A DNA stretch of 64,000 bases from Candidatus Multivoradales bacterium (GTDB lineage Bacteria; Acidobacteriota; Thermoanaerobaculia; Multivoradales; JAHEKO01). Shown in pieces: positions 35,081-45,674 of this stretch; the stretch's first letter is position 1; every line of letters begins with the position of its first letter. The DNA is taken from contig CBDFIJ010000004.1 of NCBI GenBank assembly GCA_965248055.1, forward strand, positions 2,232,777 through 2,296,776, given 5' to 3'. The notes under the pieces were generated by a model. It searched no databases, was not told where the DNA came from, and saw only the letters and a program-made list of their open reading frames with translations. The translations under genes and the position numbers were made by a program.

Positions 35081-36433
35081 ATGGTAACAGCGCAGCGCGC
35101 CGGCGACGACCCGGTTACCCCGAAGCCAGGGCTCGGGCTCTGGATGTGTACCGCGTTGGTGGTCGGCAACATGATTGGTTCAGGGGTTTTCTTACTGCCC
35201 GCGTCGCTGGCCCGTTTCGGCGGCATCAGCATCGTTGGTTGGATAGTGAGCGCCGCGGGAGCTGTGTGTCTGGCGCTAGTTTTCGCACGTCTCGGTGCGA
35301 TCATGCCAAGAGTGGGTGGACCGTACGCCTATGCTCGTGAAGGGTTCGGCGACTTTGTCGGTTTTTGGGTCGCGTGGTCGTACTGGATTTCAGTGATGAC
35401 GACCAACGCCGCTTTGGCGGTCGCGTTCATCAGCTACTCGACGGTCTTTTGGCCGGCGCTGGGAGACTCACCGGCGATTGCTGCCATTGCCGCATTGGGA
35501 ACCCTGTGGATCCTCACGCTTGTCAATGCCCGTGGGGTACGGGAAGCGGGTCAGGTCCAACTTGTCACGACCCTTCTCAAGCTACTTCCTCTGGCCGCCG
35601 TCGGGACCTTCGGTTTCCTATCGTTTCGCGCTGAGCACTTTCAGCCCTTCCATCCTTCGGCCGGAAGTCCGCTTAGCGCGGTGACCGCAACGGTGACGCT
35701 CACCTTGTGGGCCTTCTTGGGACTCGAATGCGGGACTATCCCCGCTGGCGATGTACGCAACCCTTCGCGAACGATTCCCCGGGCGACCCTGCTCGGCACA
35801 ATCATTGCCGCGACCATCTACATCATCTGTACGGTGGCGGTTATGGGAATTATCGCACCGGCAGAGCTCGCTCCATCGACGGCCCCTTTTGCTGATGCGG
35901 CAGGCTCGATTTGGGGATCGTGGGGACGCTGGATCATTGGAGCGGGTGCTGCCATCTCCTGTTTTGGTGCACTTAATGGATGGATTTTGGTTGCTGGCCA
36001 AGTGCCGCGTGCGGCAGCCTTGGACGGGCTCCTGCCGGCTCGGTTCGAAAAATTGGGGCCGCGCGGGACCCCGGTATTCGGGTTGCTCTTTTCTAGCGTG
36101 ATCGCAACCGTCCTAATAGCGATGAACTACACTCGAGGCCTTGTCCAGGCTTTCACGTTCTTGATCCTCTTGGCGACTCTTGCGACCTTGCTTCCATACG
36201 TGTTTGCCAGCATGACCGGGCTGATTTTGGCGCTTCGTGAGCGCAAGACCTCACCAGAATCTGGTCGTGTGGCCGGTCGCATGGCCCTCAGCGTCTTGGC
36301 CTTTGGTTTCTCGCTCTGGGCAATCGCTGGAGCGGGTCAGAGCACCGTGTACTGGGGCTTCATGTTGTTGGTGGCCGGAATTCCCGTCTATGTAGCAATG
36401 CGCTGGCGAGGCACAGGCGTGACCAGTGAGTAA
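35081..36433 (+). CDS. APC-superfamily amino-acid permease.
   Basis: 12 predicted TM segments. GSGVFLLPASLA and GGPYAYAREGFGDFVGFWVAWSYW motifs. Confidence 0.8.
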   Translation: MVTAQRAGDDPVTPKPGLGLWMCTALVVGNMIGSGVFLLPASLARFGGISIVGWIVSAAGAVCLALVFARLGAIMPRVGGPYAYAREGFGDFVGFWVAWSYWISVMTTNAALAVAFISYSTVFWPALGDSPAIAAIAALGTLWILTLVNARGVREAGQVQLVTTLLKLLPLAAVGTFGFLSFRAEHFQPFHPSAGSPLSAVTATVTLTLWAFLGLECGTIPAGDVRNPSRTIPRATLLGTIIAATIYIICTVAVMGIIAPAELAPSTAPFADAAGSIWGSWGRWIIGAGAAISCFGALNGWILVAGQVPRAAALDGLLPARFEKLGPRGTPVFGLLFSSVIATVLIAMNYTRGLVQAFTFLILLATLATLLPYVFASMTGLILALRERKTSPESGRVAGRMALSVLAFGFSLWAIAGAGQSTVYWGFMLLVAGIPVYVAMRWRGTGVTSE

Positions 36434-37310
36434 GCAGATCTCTCAACAGTATGGCGTCACCAGCATGGTGGAGCCATTGCAACGGGTAGCCATGTGCCGA
36501 CCAGGAACAGCCATGCTGAAGGCAGATCCGAGCTTGTGGCACTACGCCAAGCCCTTGGATCGAAATCGGCTTCTTCAGCAATACGGTGCCTTCACAGACC
36601 TAGTTGAAAAGAGTGGAGCCAACATAGAGTGGATGGCATCCAATCAAAGTCTTGCGGATTCCGTCTTCACCTACGACCCATCGCTTGTGATTGCTGATGG
36701 CGCTGTAGTGCTACGCCCTGGAAAGCAACTTCGCGAGCCAGAAGCCCAACTGCACCAACAGTTCTACGAGCGATTGGGTGTTCCATTGCTTGGCACGATC
36801 ACCGCCCCAGGCACGGTCGAAGGCGGTGATTGTTTTTGGATCGACGATCAGACTATGGCAGTAGGTCGAGGGTTTCGTTCTAACCAAGAGGGAATCTCGC
36901 AATTGAAGAGAATCCTCGCAGTCCATGGGGTAACCGTCGAATCGTTCGACTTGCCGGTTTGGGATGGAGATTCAGCTTGCTTGCATCTGATGTCGCTGGT
37001 GAGCCCCCTCGATCATGATCTGGCTTTGGTCTATCGCCGATTGCTACCGGTCGCCCTCTACCAGCTGCTCTGCGAGCGAGGTGTTTCTTGCCTTGAAGCA
37101 CCGGATCAGGAGTTCGCTGCTTCCAAAGGCCTGAACCTGAACGTCTTGGCTACCGCACCCCGTCAATGCATTGCGGTGGCAGGATTTCCTGAGACCGCAG
37201 GCTTGATGAGCGAAGCTGGTTGTGAGGTTTCATTGTTCGCCGCCGACGATCTCTGTATTCCTTGCGAGGGCGGACCCACCTGCATGACCCGACCGATCCT
37301 GCGAGGCTAG
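36426..37310 (+). CDS. Amidinotransferase-superfamily hydrolase (dimethylarginine dimethylaminohydrolase / arginine deiminase-like).
   Basis: GTVEGGDCFWIDD...AVGRGFRSN and the C-terminal catalytic-Cys segment CEGGPTCMTRPILRG. Overlaps the permease stop (operon). Confidence 0.6.
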   Translation: MSKQISQQYGVTSMVEPLQRVAMCRPGTAMLKADPSLWHYAKPLDRNRLLQQYGAFTDLVEKSGANIEWMASNQSLADSVFTYDPSLVIADGAVVLRPGKQLREPEAQLHQQFYERLGVPLLGTITAPGTVEGGDCFWIDDQTMAVGRGFRSNQEGISQLKRILAVHGVTVESFDLPVWDGDSACLHLMSLVSPLDHDLALVYRRLLPVALYQLLCERGVSCLEAPDQEFAASKGLNLNVLATAPRQCIAVAGFPETAGLMSEAGCEVSLFAADDLCIPCEGGPTCMTRPILRG

Positions 37311-37353
37311 CCAAGTAAGCCGATCGAAAAGCTCCGTTCTTCGGACAGGTCGT

Positions 37354-38574
37354 CTACGAGTAATCGCGCTGGCGAACGGTCAGGTTGGCAAACAACAATC
37401 CGATGACCAAGGAAAAGGCGATCACCATCATCGAAAAGCCAGCTGAGAGCCCCGAGACAACATCTTCGGCCAAAAGCGCCGAAAGGCTGCGAAATCCGAT
37501 GCTCCCTGGCACCAAGATCAGCAGCGCAGGCAAAATGGGGATCGCCGAAGGGATATTGCGCCAGCGAGACATGAGCGTACCCAGGGTACCCACCAGCCAA
37601 GCTCCCACTAAGGCACCCAGGTAGGGCCCCAAATACTCAGTGCCAAAGCGGGCGCCGAAAAAAGCTACGCTAGTCATCACCAAGACCACGGGAGTGTCTT
37701 TGGGCCTGGCTTGAAACAACACTGTAAGTGCTATCGAAGTGGCCACTAACGCTGCCAAGACGATTGTCAAGGATGGCGGCGATGGCGACGAAGAGGCTTG
37801 CGGGGCGACTGCTAGATCTGCCAACCGTTGTCCCAAAGCTACGCCAAATGCGAGCTGCAGAAAGGTGATCATGGCGCCAGAAAGTCGAGCGGTACCGCTC
37901 ACCAAATGTCGGTGCGCAAGCTCGCTGACCGCGATGGTCAGCGTCAGTCCGGGAAGAATGACGATCAAACCAGCCAAGGTGGGGATCAACGGGTAGAGAT
38001 CGCCGAAGACGCCATTGGCCAGGGTGGTTAATAGTCCGGCTGCAATTCCAGCCAGCGAGGGAAATACCAGCGCCCAGCGAGGAGAGCGGGTGATCAAAGT
38101 GGCCCCAATACCGATAATCAATCCCAGGGCAGCAGAGACCAGCGACTCACGCCAGCCACCGTCGAAGAAAAAAGCAACCGTAGCCGAAGCAATACCGAAA
38201 GCCAGAATGGTAGTCCAAAGAGGATGAGTACCTGGCCGCTGCAACAGTTGTTCAATCGCCTCGGAACCTTCCGAGGGCGAAGTCTTCCTCTGCTGTACTT
38301 GCCGAAAAATGGCTTGCAAGTCATCGAGCTTGGCCAGGTTGCTTTCACCGCTGTCCACCCGAGCCAAATATGTGTGTGAATTGGCGCCCGATCCGAAGGA
38401 GGCCACGATCGAGGTCGGAGTTACCAGAAATTCGGCTTGGGTATCCAAAGCAGCAGCGACTCGCGCTAACGCCCCCTCGGTTCGATGGGAGGGGCTACCG
38501 AATCGATGGAGTGCCCGCGCCAGCTTGACTAAAAAAGCTTGTTCTGGCACCAACGGTTGAGATTGAGTATGCAT
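37354..38574 (-). CDS. Threonine/serine exporter (ThrE)-family membrane protein.
   Basis: N-terminal DUF1212-like soluble part, then ~10 TM segments with Gly/Ala-rich helices. Confidence 0.6.
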   Translation of the reverse strand: MHTQSQPLVPEQAFLVKLARALHRFGSPSHRTEGALARVAAALDTQAEFLVTPTSIVASFGSGANSHTYLARVDSGESNLAKLDDLQAIFRQVQQRKTSPSEGSEAIEQLLQRPGTHPLWTTILAFGIASATVAFFFDGGWRESLVSAALGLIIGIGATLITRSPRWALVFPSLAGIAAGLLTTLANGVFGDLYPLIPTLAGLIVILPGLTLTIAVSELAHRHLVSGTARLSGAMITFLQLAFGVALGQRLADLAVAPQASSSPSPPSLTIVLAALVATSIALTVLFQARPKDTPVVLVMTSVAFFGARFGTEYLGPYLGALVGAWLVGTLGTLMSRWRNIPSAIPILPALLILVPGSIGFRSLSALLAEDVVSGLSAGFSMMVIAFSLVIGLLFANLTVRQRDYS

Positions 38575-38960
38575 TGGTCGCGGTGGTCAATTTTGAAGGA
38601 GAGTTTGCCAGAGGTGAACCGGTAAACGGCTAACCGTGGCTACCTTACACTTGCGTGGTGGACCAAGTGCTGTTGGGGAGACTCCAACACTCCAAATGAG
38701 CGAAGCAAACCCTCCAGGCAGGGCAGCGGACACCATGTTCGCCGGTATTTTTGAACCTAGGAGCCGAAGAGGGGACATCGTGCGTGTCCCCTTTGTCAGT
38801 GGATGGATCTGCCTTCCTTGTCCGTCTGCACAAAGCCGCTCAAACAAGAAGCTGTGCGACGACGCTAGGCTTGCTAAAGTCGATGGAGGAACCGTAGCGA
38901 CGGTACTCCGCCAGGGACTGATTTCCCTGACTCGTTGAAGAATCCATAGTAGGGGTAAGT

Positions 38961-40427
38961 ATGAAACAGACTTTCTTGCGGATCATGGTGATCGTGGTTG
39001 CCGCGCTTTTTCCTAGTCGCGGGGGAATCGCTCAACAGAATCAACCGACGCCAAATATCGCCATGTCTGCATATCAACTAGATGTGACTCTGGACTTTTC
39101 CAAAGGCGGTGAGGAGTATCCGTTTCTCAACGAAATGGTCGGGAGGGCCCGCTTGACATTTTTGAATCGTGGCGATCAGGCGCTTACCAAGATTCCTGTT
39201 TTGCTCAACCGGTTGATGACCGTTACCGAGGCGCGCGACGCGGAAGGCAACAATCTAGTTAGCGATTCCACGTTGGTGGGCATTCAAGGCTGGGAATCGT
39301 TCCAAGTGAATCATACTCAGGTGAGACTGGCGAAGCCCCTCGAACCGAGCCAATCTATGACCCTGGATATCACCTATGGCGGGCAGATGGCAGCATCGCG
39401 CGAGAGCGGTATGGCCTATGTCCAAGAGACGCTGGATCCAGCCTTTTCGATTTTCCGAATCGAGACCTTTGCCTATCCGGTTATCAACCTTCCCGACGCT
39501 CAAGGCAAGAGCCCTCTCGCCATGTCAAGTGCCTTTAGCCAGCGGATAACTATCAATATGCCGGAGGGACACGACATTGCGACAGGCGGCAGCAGACTGC
39601 TGGACAAAGTGCAGCACGGACGCCGCACGGTGACTGTCGAAATAACCACTCCGAGCGACGTTATGGTCTTTGCCGTTGCTCCCTACCAAACCATTCAGGT
39701 CGAGGATGTGCAGTTCTATTTTTTCCAAAGTGATCAGGAGGGGGCACAACGACTGTCAACGGCGGCGGGTGAAGCTCTTGAGTTACTGGCTGACTGGTTC
39801 GGGCCGCGGCAGTCATCCCCGGAAGGAATTGCGTTTGTTGAAATCCCGCCAGGCTATGGTTCGCAGGCGATTTTTCCAACCATCATCCAGACCGCTGCTG
39901 CCTACCGTGACCCAGCGCGGACCTTTGAGATGTTCCACGAAGTAGCACATCTTTGGAACGTTCGCGACCTGGATACTCCGTCGCCGCGTTGGAATGAAGG
40001 ACTCTCGACCTTCTTGCAATATCTTGTAGACGACCGTTTGCGAGAACCCGGAGCTTATGAAAGTGGTACCGAGGCTACGTTCCAAACTGCAAAGCGCCTA
40101 GTTGGTGACGACGCCAACTGCGTTGGTATTCGCGAGTTTGGCGATTCCACGGTGATGCGGGGGCAATCGTATATCTTGGGTGGTCTGTTTTTTTCGCGTT
40201 TATACAATCGATTCGGAGCCGACTTTATCGAGGCTTACGGAGCGTTTTATCAATCCTACAAGGCGCAAGGTGCGACTAGCCGCGAACTTACCGATTTTCT
40301 TGAGCAGCGACTAGGCACCGAAGCGGCGAGGGAAACCCGGACGTGGTTTGATTCCTGCGACTACTTGGATCAGATAAGAGGAGCCGAGAAGTTCTCTGAC
40401 TTTCTGGCGGTGGCGTTGTCCAACTAG
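38961..40427 (+). CDS. Secreted gluzincin metallopeptidase (M1/M61-like, HEXXH...NEG).
   Basis: Signal peptide MKQTFLRIMVIVVAALFPSRGGIAQ. HEVAHLWNVRDLDTPSPRWNEGLSTF. Confidence 0.55.
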   Translation: MKQTFLRIMVIVVAALFPSRGGIAQQNQPTPNIAMSAYQLDVTLDFSKGGEEYPFLNEMVGRARLTFLNRGDQALTKIPVLLNRLMTVTEARDAEGNNLVSDSTLVGIQGWESFQVNHTQVRLAKPLEPSQSMTLDITYGGQMAASRESGMAYVQETLDPAFSIFRIETFAYPVINLPDAQGKSPLAMSSAFSQRITINMPEGHDIATGGSRLLDKVQHGRRTVTVEITTPSDVMVFAVAPYQTIQVEDVQFYFFQSDQEGAQRLSTAAGEALELLADWFGPRQSSPEGIAFVEIPPGYGSQAIFPTIIQTAAAYRDPARTFEMFHEVAHLWNVRDLDTPSPRWNEGLSTFLQYLVDDRLREPGAYESGTEATFQTAKRLVGDDANCVGIREFGDSTVMRGQSYILGGLFFSRLYNRFGADFIEAYGAFYQSYKAQGATSRELTDFLEQRLGTEAARETRTWFDSCDYLDQIRGAEKFSDFLAVALSN

Positions 40428-40532
40428 CCGCCGTTTTTCTAGGCTGCTACTCGACCAGAACGGTAAGTAGGAGCAATCGAACCGAATAGGCCCATCCTTC
40501 CAAACCGAATCGTTTCCGACTCGAGCTTCCAA

Positions 40533-42428
40533 TCAGTCGGCGATCATCTCGACCGCCAACTGTTGCTGCAGTTCTCCGTAGCGATCCATCATCGAGCCAA
40601 TGACTTCTGGATTGGTCATGTCGACCCCGGCGCGCTTGAGCGCGTCCATTGGATAGACACTGCCGCCTAAGCGCAACATCGCCAAGTAGTCTTCCACCGC
40701 GGTGATGTCGCCCTCTCGAAATCGGCCAGCGATCGCTTCGCCAGCGGCGTAGCTGGTGGCATAAACCCAGACGTAGAAGTTACGATAGAAGTGACTCACC
40801 CGTGCCCAACCCGCTTGGTACTCAGGATCGACGACCAAGTCGTCACCGTAGTAGGTCTGCCACAGGTCAGTGTAGGCGGTTCCCAAGCTCTCTTTGGTCA
40901 TCGGTTCGCCAGCTTCCGCCATCGCATGGGCCTTGGCTTCCCATTCATGAAAGAACACTTGGCGCAGAAAGGTGCCGGTGACGTTGTTCATTGCTTGATT
41001 GAGTAGTAACTTGCGCTCATCGGCATCGCTGCTGCGTTGGAACATCCACTCCAAGAATAGAGATTCGCTGGCAACCGACGCGACTTCGGCGACGAACAGA
41101 CTGTAGCTGGCGTCGTGGTAGGGCTGCGCTTGATCGGCCATGTAGCTATGGATCGAGTGACCCATTTCGTGCACTAGGGTCGAGACCGAGTCCAGAGAGC
41201 CGGCCCAATTGAGAAACAGGTAGGGATGGGTATTGTAAGTGCCCCACGAGTAGGCACCGGGTCGTTTGCCCTCGTTGGTGTAGACGTCGATCCAGCGCTC
41301 CTGGCGGGCTCGCTCGGCGATGGCGGCGTACTCCTCACCGAAGGTTTCTTGCCAAAAGTCCATCGCCAGGGCCCAGCCTTGGTCGAAGGTGTATTTTTTG
41401 TCGATCCCCGTTAGCAGGTTGGCGTAGAGGTCGTAGATGTGCAGTTCGTCGAGACCTTGAAGCTGCTTGCGCAGCCCGGCGTAGCTGTGTACCTGATCAA
41501 TATTGTCGTGGACCGTGTTCACCAATCGATCGACCACGGTGCGGGGTACATTGACACCGTCCAATGCCATCTCCAAGGTCGAGTCGTAGCCACGGGTGCG
41601 CGCCATCCAAACTGCTCGTTGAACGCTGCCTCCGTAGGTCGCGGCAAAGGTGTTGGCGAATTGAGAGTAGGCACCGAACATTGCTAGGGCAGCCTGCTGA
41701 CGCACCTCGCGATCGTCGCTGGTTACGAAGCGGGTGTACTGGCCGGGCACCGCCTTGGCGTCATTGCCGTCTTCATCGGTCACCGTTGGCCACTCGATGC
41801 CGGTGTTCTCAAGTGCCGAGAACGCTTGCTGGTGCGCGCTGCCGGAGAGTGATGACCCGGCCAGGATTCCTTCGACCTCTGGCGACAACAGGTGCTCGCG
41901 ACTGCGAACCACGTTGTCAATGTAGTGCTGGTATGGCGCTACCTCTGGATGTCTAAGAAACTCGGTGAGTTGTTGCTCTGAGAGTTGTGAAATTTCTGGA
42001 TCGATGAACGCCGTCGCCTCTTGGAGCCGGGAAGCGAACCCTCGGGCGCTTCCTGCCAGTTCACTCGATTCTGGATCAGCTGTGTTGGTATTGAGTCCTT
42101 GATGGGCATATACGTAAAGGTCTTCGAAGTGACGCGAGGCGGCGAATGACGCGTTCAACGCTGTCGCCAGCGCTTCAGGGGAGTCGCCAAGCGTGCCTTG
42201 ATAGTCGCTGAGAGCGTCAATCATCGGTGCCAAATCCGCTGCTGCTTGTTCCCACGCTTCGCGATCGGCGTAAATCGGTGTCAGATCCCAGCGATCTTGC
42301 TCGGGGATCTGGTTACGAGAATCGTAGTAGAGCTGCTCAGCGGTAGCGTCTTCGGCGATTGCCGGGTTGGGCAACATTGAAAACGCGACCACAAGACAGA
42401 GAAATGAACACAGGTATTTGGTTTTCAT
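40533..42428 (-). CDS. M3-family oligoendopeptidase (PepF-like) with signal peptide.
   Basis: Signal MKTKYLCSFLCLVVAFSMLPNPAIA. HEMGHSIHSYMA zinc motif. ~630 aa. Confidence 0.65.
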   Translation of the reverse strand: MKTKYLCSFLCLVVAFSMLPNPAIAEDATAEQLYYDSRNQIPEQDRWDLTPIYADREAWEQAAADLAPMIDALSDYQGTLGDSPEALATALNASFAASRHFEDLYVYAHQGLNTNTADPESSELAGSARGFASRLQEATAFIDPEISQLSEQQLTEFLRHPEVAPYQHYIDNVVRSREHLLSPEVEGILAGSSLSGSAHQQAFSALENTGIEWPTVTDEDGNDAKAVPGQYTRFVTSDDREVRQQAALAMFGAYSQFANTFAATYGGSVQRAVWMARTRGYDSTLEMALDGVNVPRTVVDRLVNTVHDNIDQVHSYAGLRKQLQGLDELHIYDLYANLLTGIDKKYTFDQGWALAMDFWQETFGEEYAAIAERARQERWIDVYTNEGKRPGAYSWGTYNTHPYLFLNWAGSLDSVSTLVHEMGHSIHSYMADQAQPYHDASYSLFVAEVASVASESLFLEWMFQRSSDADERKLLLNQAMNNVTGTFLRQVFFHEWEAKAHAMAEAGEPMTKESLGTAYTDLWQTYYGDDLVVDPEYQAGWARVSHFYRNFYVWVYATSYAAGEAIAGRFREGDITAVEDYLAMLRLGGSVYPMDALKRAGVDMTNPEVIGSMMDRYGELQQQLAVEMIAD

Positions 42429-42623
42429 TCGGGCCTCCTCCTAGGGTTTGTGCCGACGGGGCTCACGGCATCGCCGGAACATCGTTAGCCAAGTGTACGT
42501 ATGAAGTTGCAGGAAGTTACCCCCGTCGTGGAACCTTGTGTTTTTCAAGTACATTGTTTCTGAGGCGGATAGCCCGCAAGAAATAATACGTCGGTCGGTG
42601 TGAACAAAGCCCTGGAGGTATCT

Positions 42624-43994
42624 ATGTCATCTCTTTTTTCCCACTCTCGCTCATTGACACAATTTGCTATGACTTTGGTTTTGGTCGTGACGATCCTCTT
42701 GTCGGCATTTCCGGCAGCCCAGGCTCAGACACAAGACTCCGGAGTAGAAGCGGTGAAGCTCAGTGAGCAAGTCGCCGCAGAGGGTGTGGCCCTGAAGAAA
42801 GAGGGTCCTAGCGAGCCGGTGGTTGTTCCCGAAACGAGTGAAAAAGCGATGCGCTACTACCGTAGTGGCAACGTTCTTTGGTGGGTCAATCTGCTGATTT
42901 CGCTGTTGATTCCGGTCTTGTTTTTGTGGAGTGGGTTTTCTGCGCGCTTGCGCAGCTGGGCGATGGGTCTCGGTAAGAAATGGTTCTTGGCTTTGGCCGT
43001 TTATCTGGTCGCTTTCAACCTGATCAATTACCTCCTCAATCTGCCTTTGGCTTACTACCAAGGGTTCGTCCGTCAACACGCCTACGACCTTTCCAACCAA
43101 GCTTTCAGCAAGTGGATGGGTGACTCGGTCAAAGGACTGGGGGTGGGACTGATCATGGCGGTGCTGTTTACCTGGATTCCTTATTTGTTAATCCGCAAAA
43201 GCCCACGACGCTGGTGGCTCTATACCGGCCTGGGTGTGGCGCCGTTTTTTTTCTTGGTCAACATGATCGCTCCGATTTGGATTGCCCCGCTGTTCAATGA
43301 ATTCGGCCCAATGAAGAATCAAGCACTGGAAGCCCAAATTTTGAATCTGGCAGACCGCGCCGGAATCGAGGGTAGCCGGGTTTTTGAGGTCAACAAGAGT
43401 GTCGACACCGAGGCGGTCAATGCCTACGTTTCCGGGTTCATGGGAACTAAGCGGATCGTTCTTTGGGACACCATCATCGAAAAGCTGTCCGAGGAGGAGT
43501 TGCTGTTTGTCATGGGGCATGAAATGGGCCACTACAAGCTGGGCCATATCATTGCTTTGACACTGCTCATTTCCGCGATGACGATGCTTGGTTTGTACTT
43601 GATCTATCGGGTTTCCGGGGGGCTGATCGCCAAGTATCGACACCGTTTCGGCTTCAGCGAGCTGGGAGACTTCGCCTCGCTGCCACTGTTATCGTTGCTA
43701 CTCGGTCTGTTCTTCTTCATCCTGACGCCGGGTTTCTTAACCATCAGTCGTCACTATGAGCACGAAGCGGATCGCTTTGGCTTGGAGCTGACGCACGACA
43801 ACTATGCTGCGGCGACGGCGTTCGTCAAACTGCAGGAAGAAAATCTGGGTAACCCCTACCCGGGGCCGCTTTACAAACTGTGGAGATCCGGTCATCCGCC
43901 CCTTGGCGAACGGATCCAATTCTGCAATGAGTACCGTCCGTGGGAGACCGGCGACCCGTTACGTTACGGTGATCGATTCCGAGATTCTGAGTAG
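42624..43994 (+). CDS. M48-family (Ste24/HtpX-like) membrane zinc metalloprotease.
   Basis: RBS GGAGG before the ATG at 42624. Multi-TM N-terminal region. FVMGHEMGHYKLGH (HEXXH). C-terminal ...RPWETGDPLRYGDRFRDSE shared with the paralog. Confidence 0.7.
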   Translation: MSSLFSHSRSLTQFAMTLVLVVTILLSAFPAAQAQTQDSGVEAVKLSEQVAAEGVALKKEGPSEPVVVPETSEKAMRYYRSGNVLWWVNLLISLLIPVLFLWSGFSARLRSWAMGLGKKWFLALAVYLVAFNLINYLLNLPLAYYQGFVRQHAYDLSNQAFSKWMGDSVKGLGVGLIMAVLFTWIPYLLIRKSPRRWWLYTGLGVAPFFFLVNMIAPIWIAPLFNEFGPMKNQALEAQILNLADRAGIEGSRVFEVNKSVDTEAVNAYVSGFMGTKRIVLWDTIIEKLSEEELLFVMGHEMGHYKLGHIIALTLLISAMTMLGLYLIYRVSGGLIAKYRHRFGFSELGDFASLPLLSLLLGLFFFILTPGFLTISRHYEHEADRFGLELTHDNYAAATAFVKLQEENLGNPYPGPLYKLWRSGHPPLGERIQFCNEYRPWETGDPLRYGDRFRDSE

Positions 43995-44212
43995 AGACAG
44001 CAGTACTTTTCATGCGGGTCGATTTCGTCTTTTACGTTGGTCTTCTTTCTCTTGACCTAGGCTTACATTGAAGTATCTTGGGAGTCGCAGCACCACGAAA
44101 GGTGAGTGTAGGCACGTTGAGCAACCTCCGCGAAGCTGCTAGCTTGTTGAGGCACACGTCAGGATCTGGTGCCTGGAGGGCGCCAGGACTTAACTACGGT
44201 CGCGGAGGGGAT

Positions 44213-45586
44213 ATGCACAGTACATCAAACTCAATGCCGCACGGTCGAACCCTGATTCGGTCCCTGGTGGTCCTTGTGGTGATCGCTCTGTCGGGTCTGG
44301 CCCCAGTGGCCGTCGGCCAAGTTTCCACCGAGAAACAAGAGCAAAGCAACGCTGCAGTAGAGGCCGTTGAAGTGGGAGCTACGCTTGTGGCCGACGCGCC
44401 TGACGACCGGGTGATTGTGCCACCGGCGTCTGAAAAAACGCTCAACTACTACAAGAGCGGTAATGTTCTCTGGATTGTCGGTGTCTTAGTCGGCCTTTTG
44501 ATTCCAGCTCTTTTTCTCTGGACCGGGCTTTCTGCGCGCTTGCGTACCTGGGCGATTGGTTTCGGGCGCTGGTGGTTCTTCGCATTGGCTATCTACTTGG
44601 TGGGATACAACGCCATCAGTTATCTCCTGAAGCTACCTCTGGCCTACTACGGAGGATTTGTTCGTCAGCACGCCTACGATCTTTCGAATCAAACGTTAGC
44701 CAAGTGGTTGGGAGACTCAGTCAAAGGCCTTGCCGTAAGTACCATTATTGCAACATTGACCATTTGGCTGGTTTATCTCTTGATCCGCAAGAGTCCAACT
44801 CGATGGTGGCTCTACGCTGGGCTTGCGGTGATTCCGTTCATCTTTGTCATCAACATGATCGCGCCGATATGGATTGCGCCGATGTTTAACGACTTTGGCC
44901 CGATGCAGGACAAGCAGCTTGAGTCCCAAATTCTTGCCCTCGCGGATCGCGTTGGTATCGAAGACAGCCGGGTCTTTGAGGTTGACAAGAGTGTTGATAC
45001 AGAACGAGTGAATGCCTATGTCAGTGGTTTTCTTGGAACCAAGAGGATTGTTTTGTGGGATACGGCCATCGAAAAGCTCGATGCAGGTGCGATTCTCTTT
45101 GTCGTTGGGCACGAAATGGGCCACTACCTATTGAGCCACGTTGTTGTGTTGGTGTTTCTGATGTCCGCAATCGCGATGCTCGGGTTTTACTTTATTTACA
45201 GAGTTTCCGACGGGCTAATTAGACGGCATGAGAAGCGTTTCGGCTTCTCCAAGTTAGGCGACTTTGCTTCTCTGCCGCTTTTGTTTCTCTTGATGAATAT
45301 GTACTTCTTTTTTGCCAGCCCAGGCCTCAATGCCTACACCAGGTATATGGAACGCGAGGCCGATCGTTTCGGGCTTGAGCTGACCCGCAACAATCAGGCG
45401 GCAGCCGAAGGATTCGTCAAGGTACAGACGGAGAATCTTTACAATCCCTACCCCGGACCGTTTTACAAACTGTGGAGATCCGGTCACCCACCCCTAGGCG
45501 AGCGGGTCCAGTTCTGCAATGAGTACCGTCCGTGGGAGACCGGCGAACCGTTACGTTACGGTGATCGATTCCGAGATTCTGAGTAG
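44213..45586 (+). CDS. M48-family membrane zinc metalloprotease (tandem paralog).
   Basis: RBS GGAGGGG before the ATG at 44213. FVVGHEMGHYLLSH. Same C-terminal 20 aa as 42624-43994. Confidence 0.7.
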   Translation: MHSTSNSMPHGRTLIRSLVVLVVIALSGLAPVAVGQVSTEKQEQSNAAVEAVEVGATLVADAPDDRVIVPPASEKTLNYYKSGNVLWIVGVLVGLLIPALFLWTGLSARLRTWAIGFGRWWFFALAIYLVGYNAISYLLKLPLAYYGGFVRQHAYDLSNQTLAKWLGDSVKGLAVSTIIATLTIWLVYLLIRKSPTRWWLYAGLAVIPFIFVINMIAPIWIAPMFNDFGPMQDKQLESQILALADRVGIEDSRVFEVDKSVDTERVNAYVSGFLGTKRIVLWDTAIEKLDAGAILFVVGHEMGHYLLSHVVVLVFLMSAIAMLGFYFIYRVSDGLIRRHEKRFGFSKLGDFASLPLLFLLMNMYFFFASPGLNAYTRYMEREADRFGLELTRNNQAAAEGFVKVQTENLYNPYPGPFYKLWRSGHPPLGERVQFCNEYRPWETGEPLRYGDRFRDSE

Positions 45587-45674
45587 ATCCTAGGCTGAGA
45601 CGATTTTGCGATCGCCCACTTGAGTTAAGCAATTTCCAGCGGAGTAGCTGGGACCTCGATTCTCGCTGAGCCGC

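Noticed and set aside
42651-45124. Minus-strand ORFs nested in the two M48 protease genes
   Set aside because: Antisense to genes with an RBS, HEXXH motifs and TM topology. No independent support.
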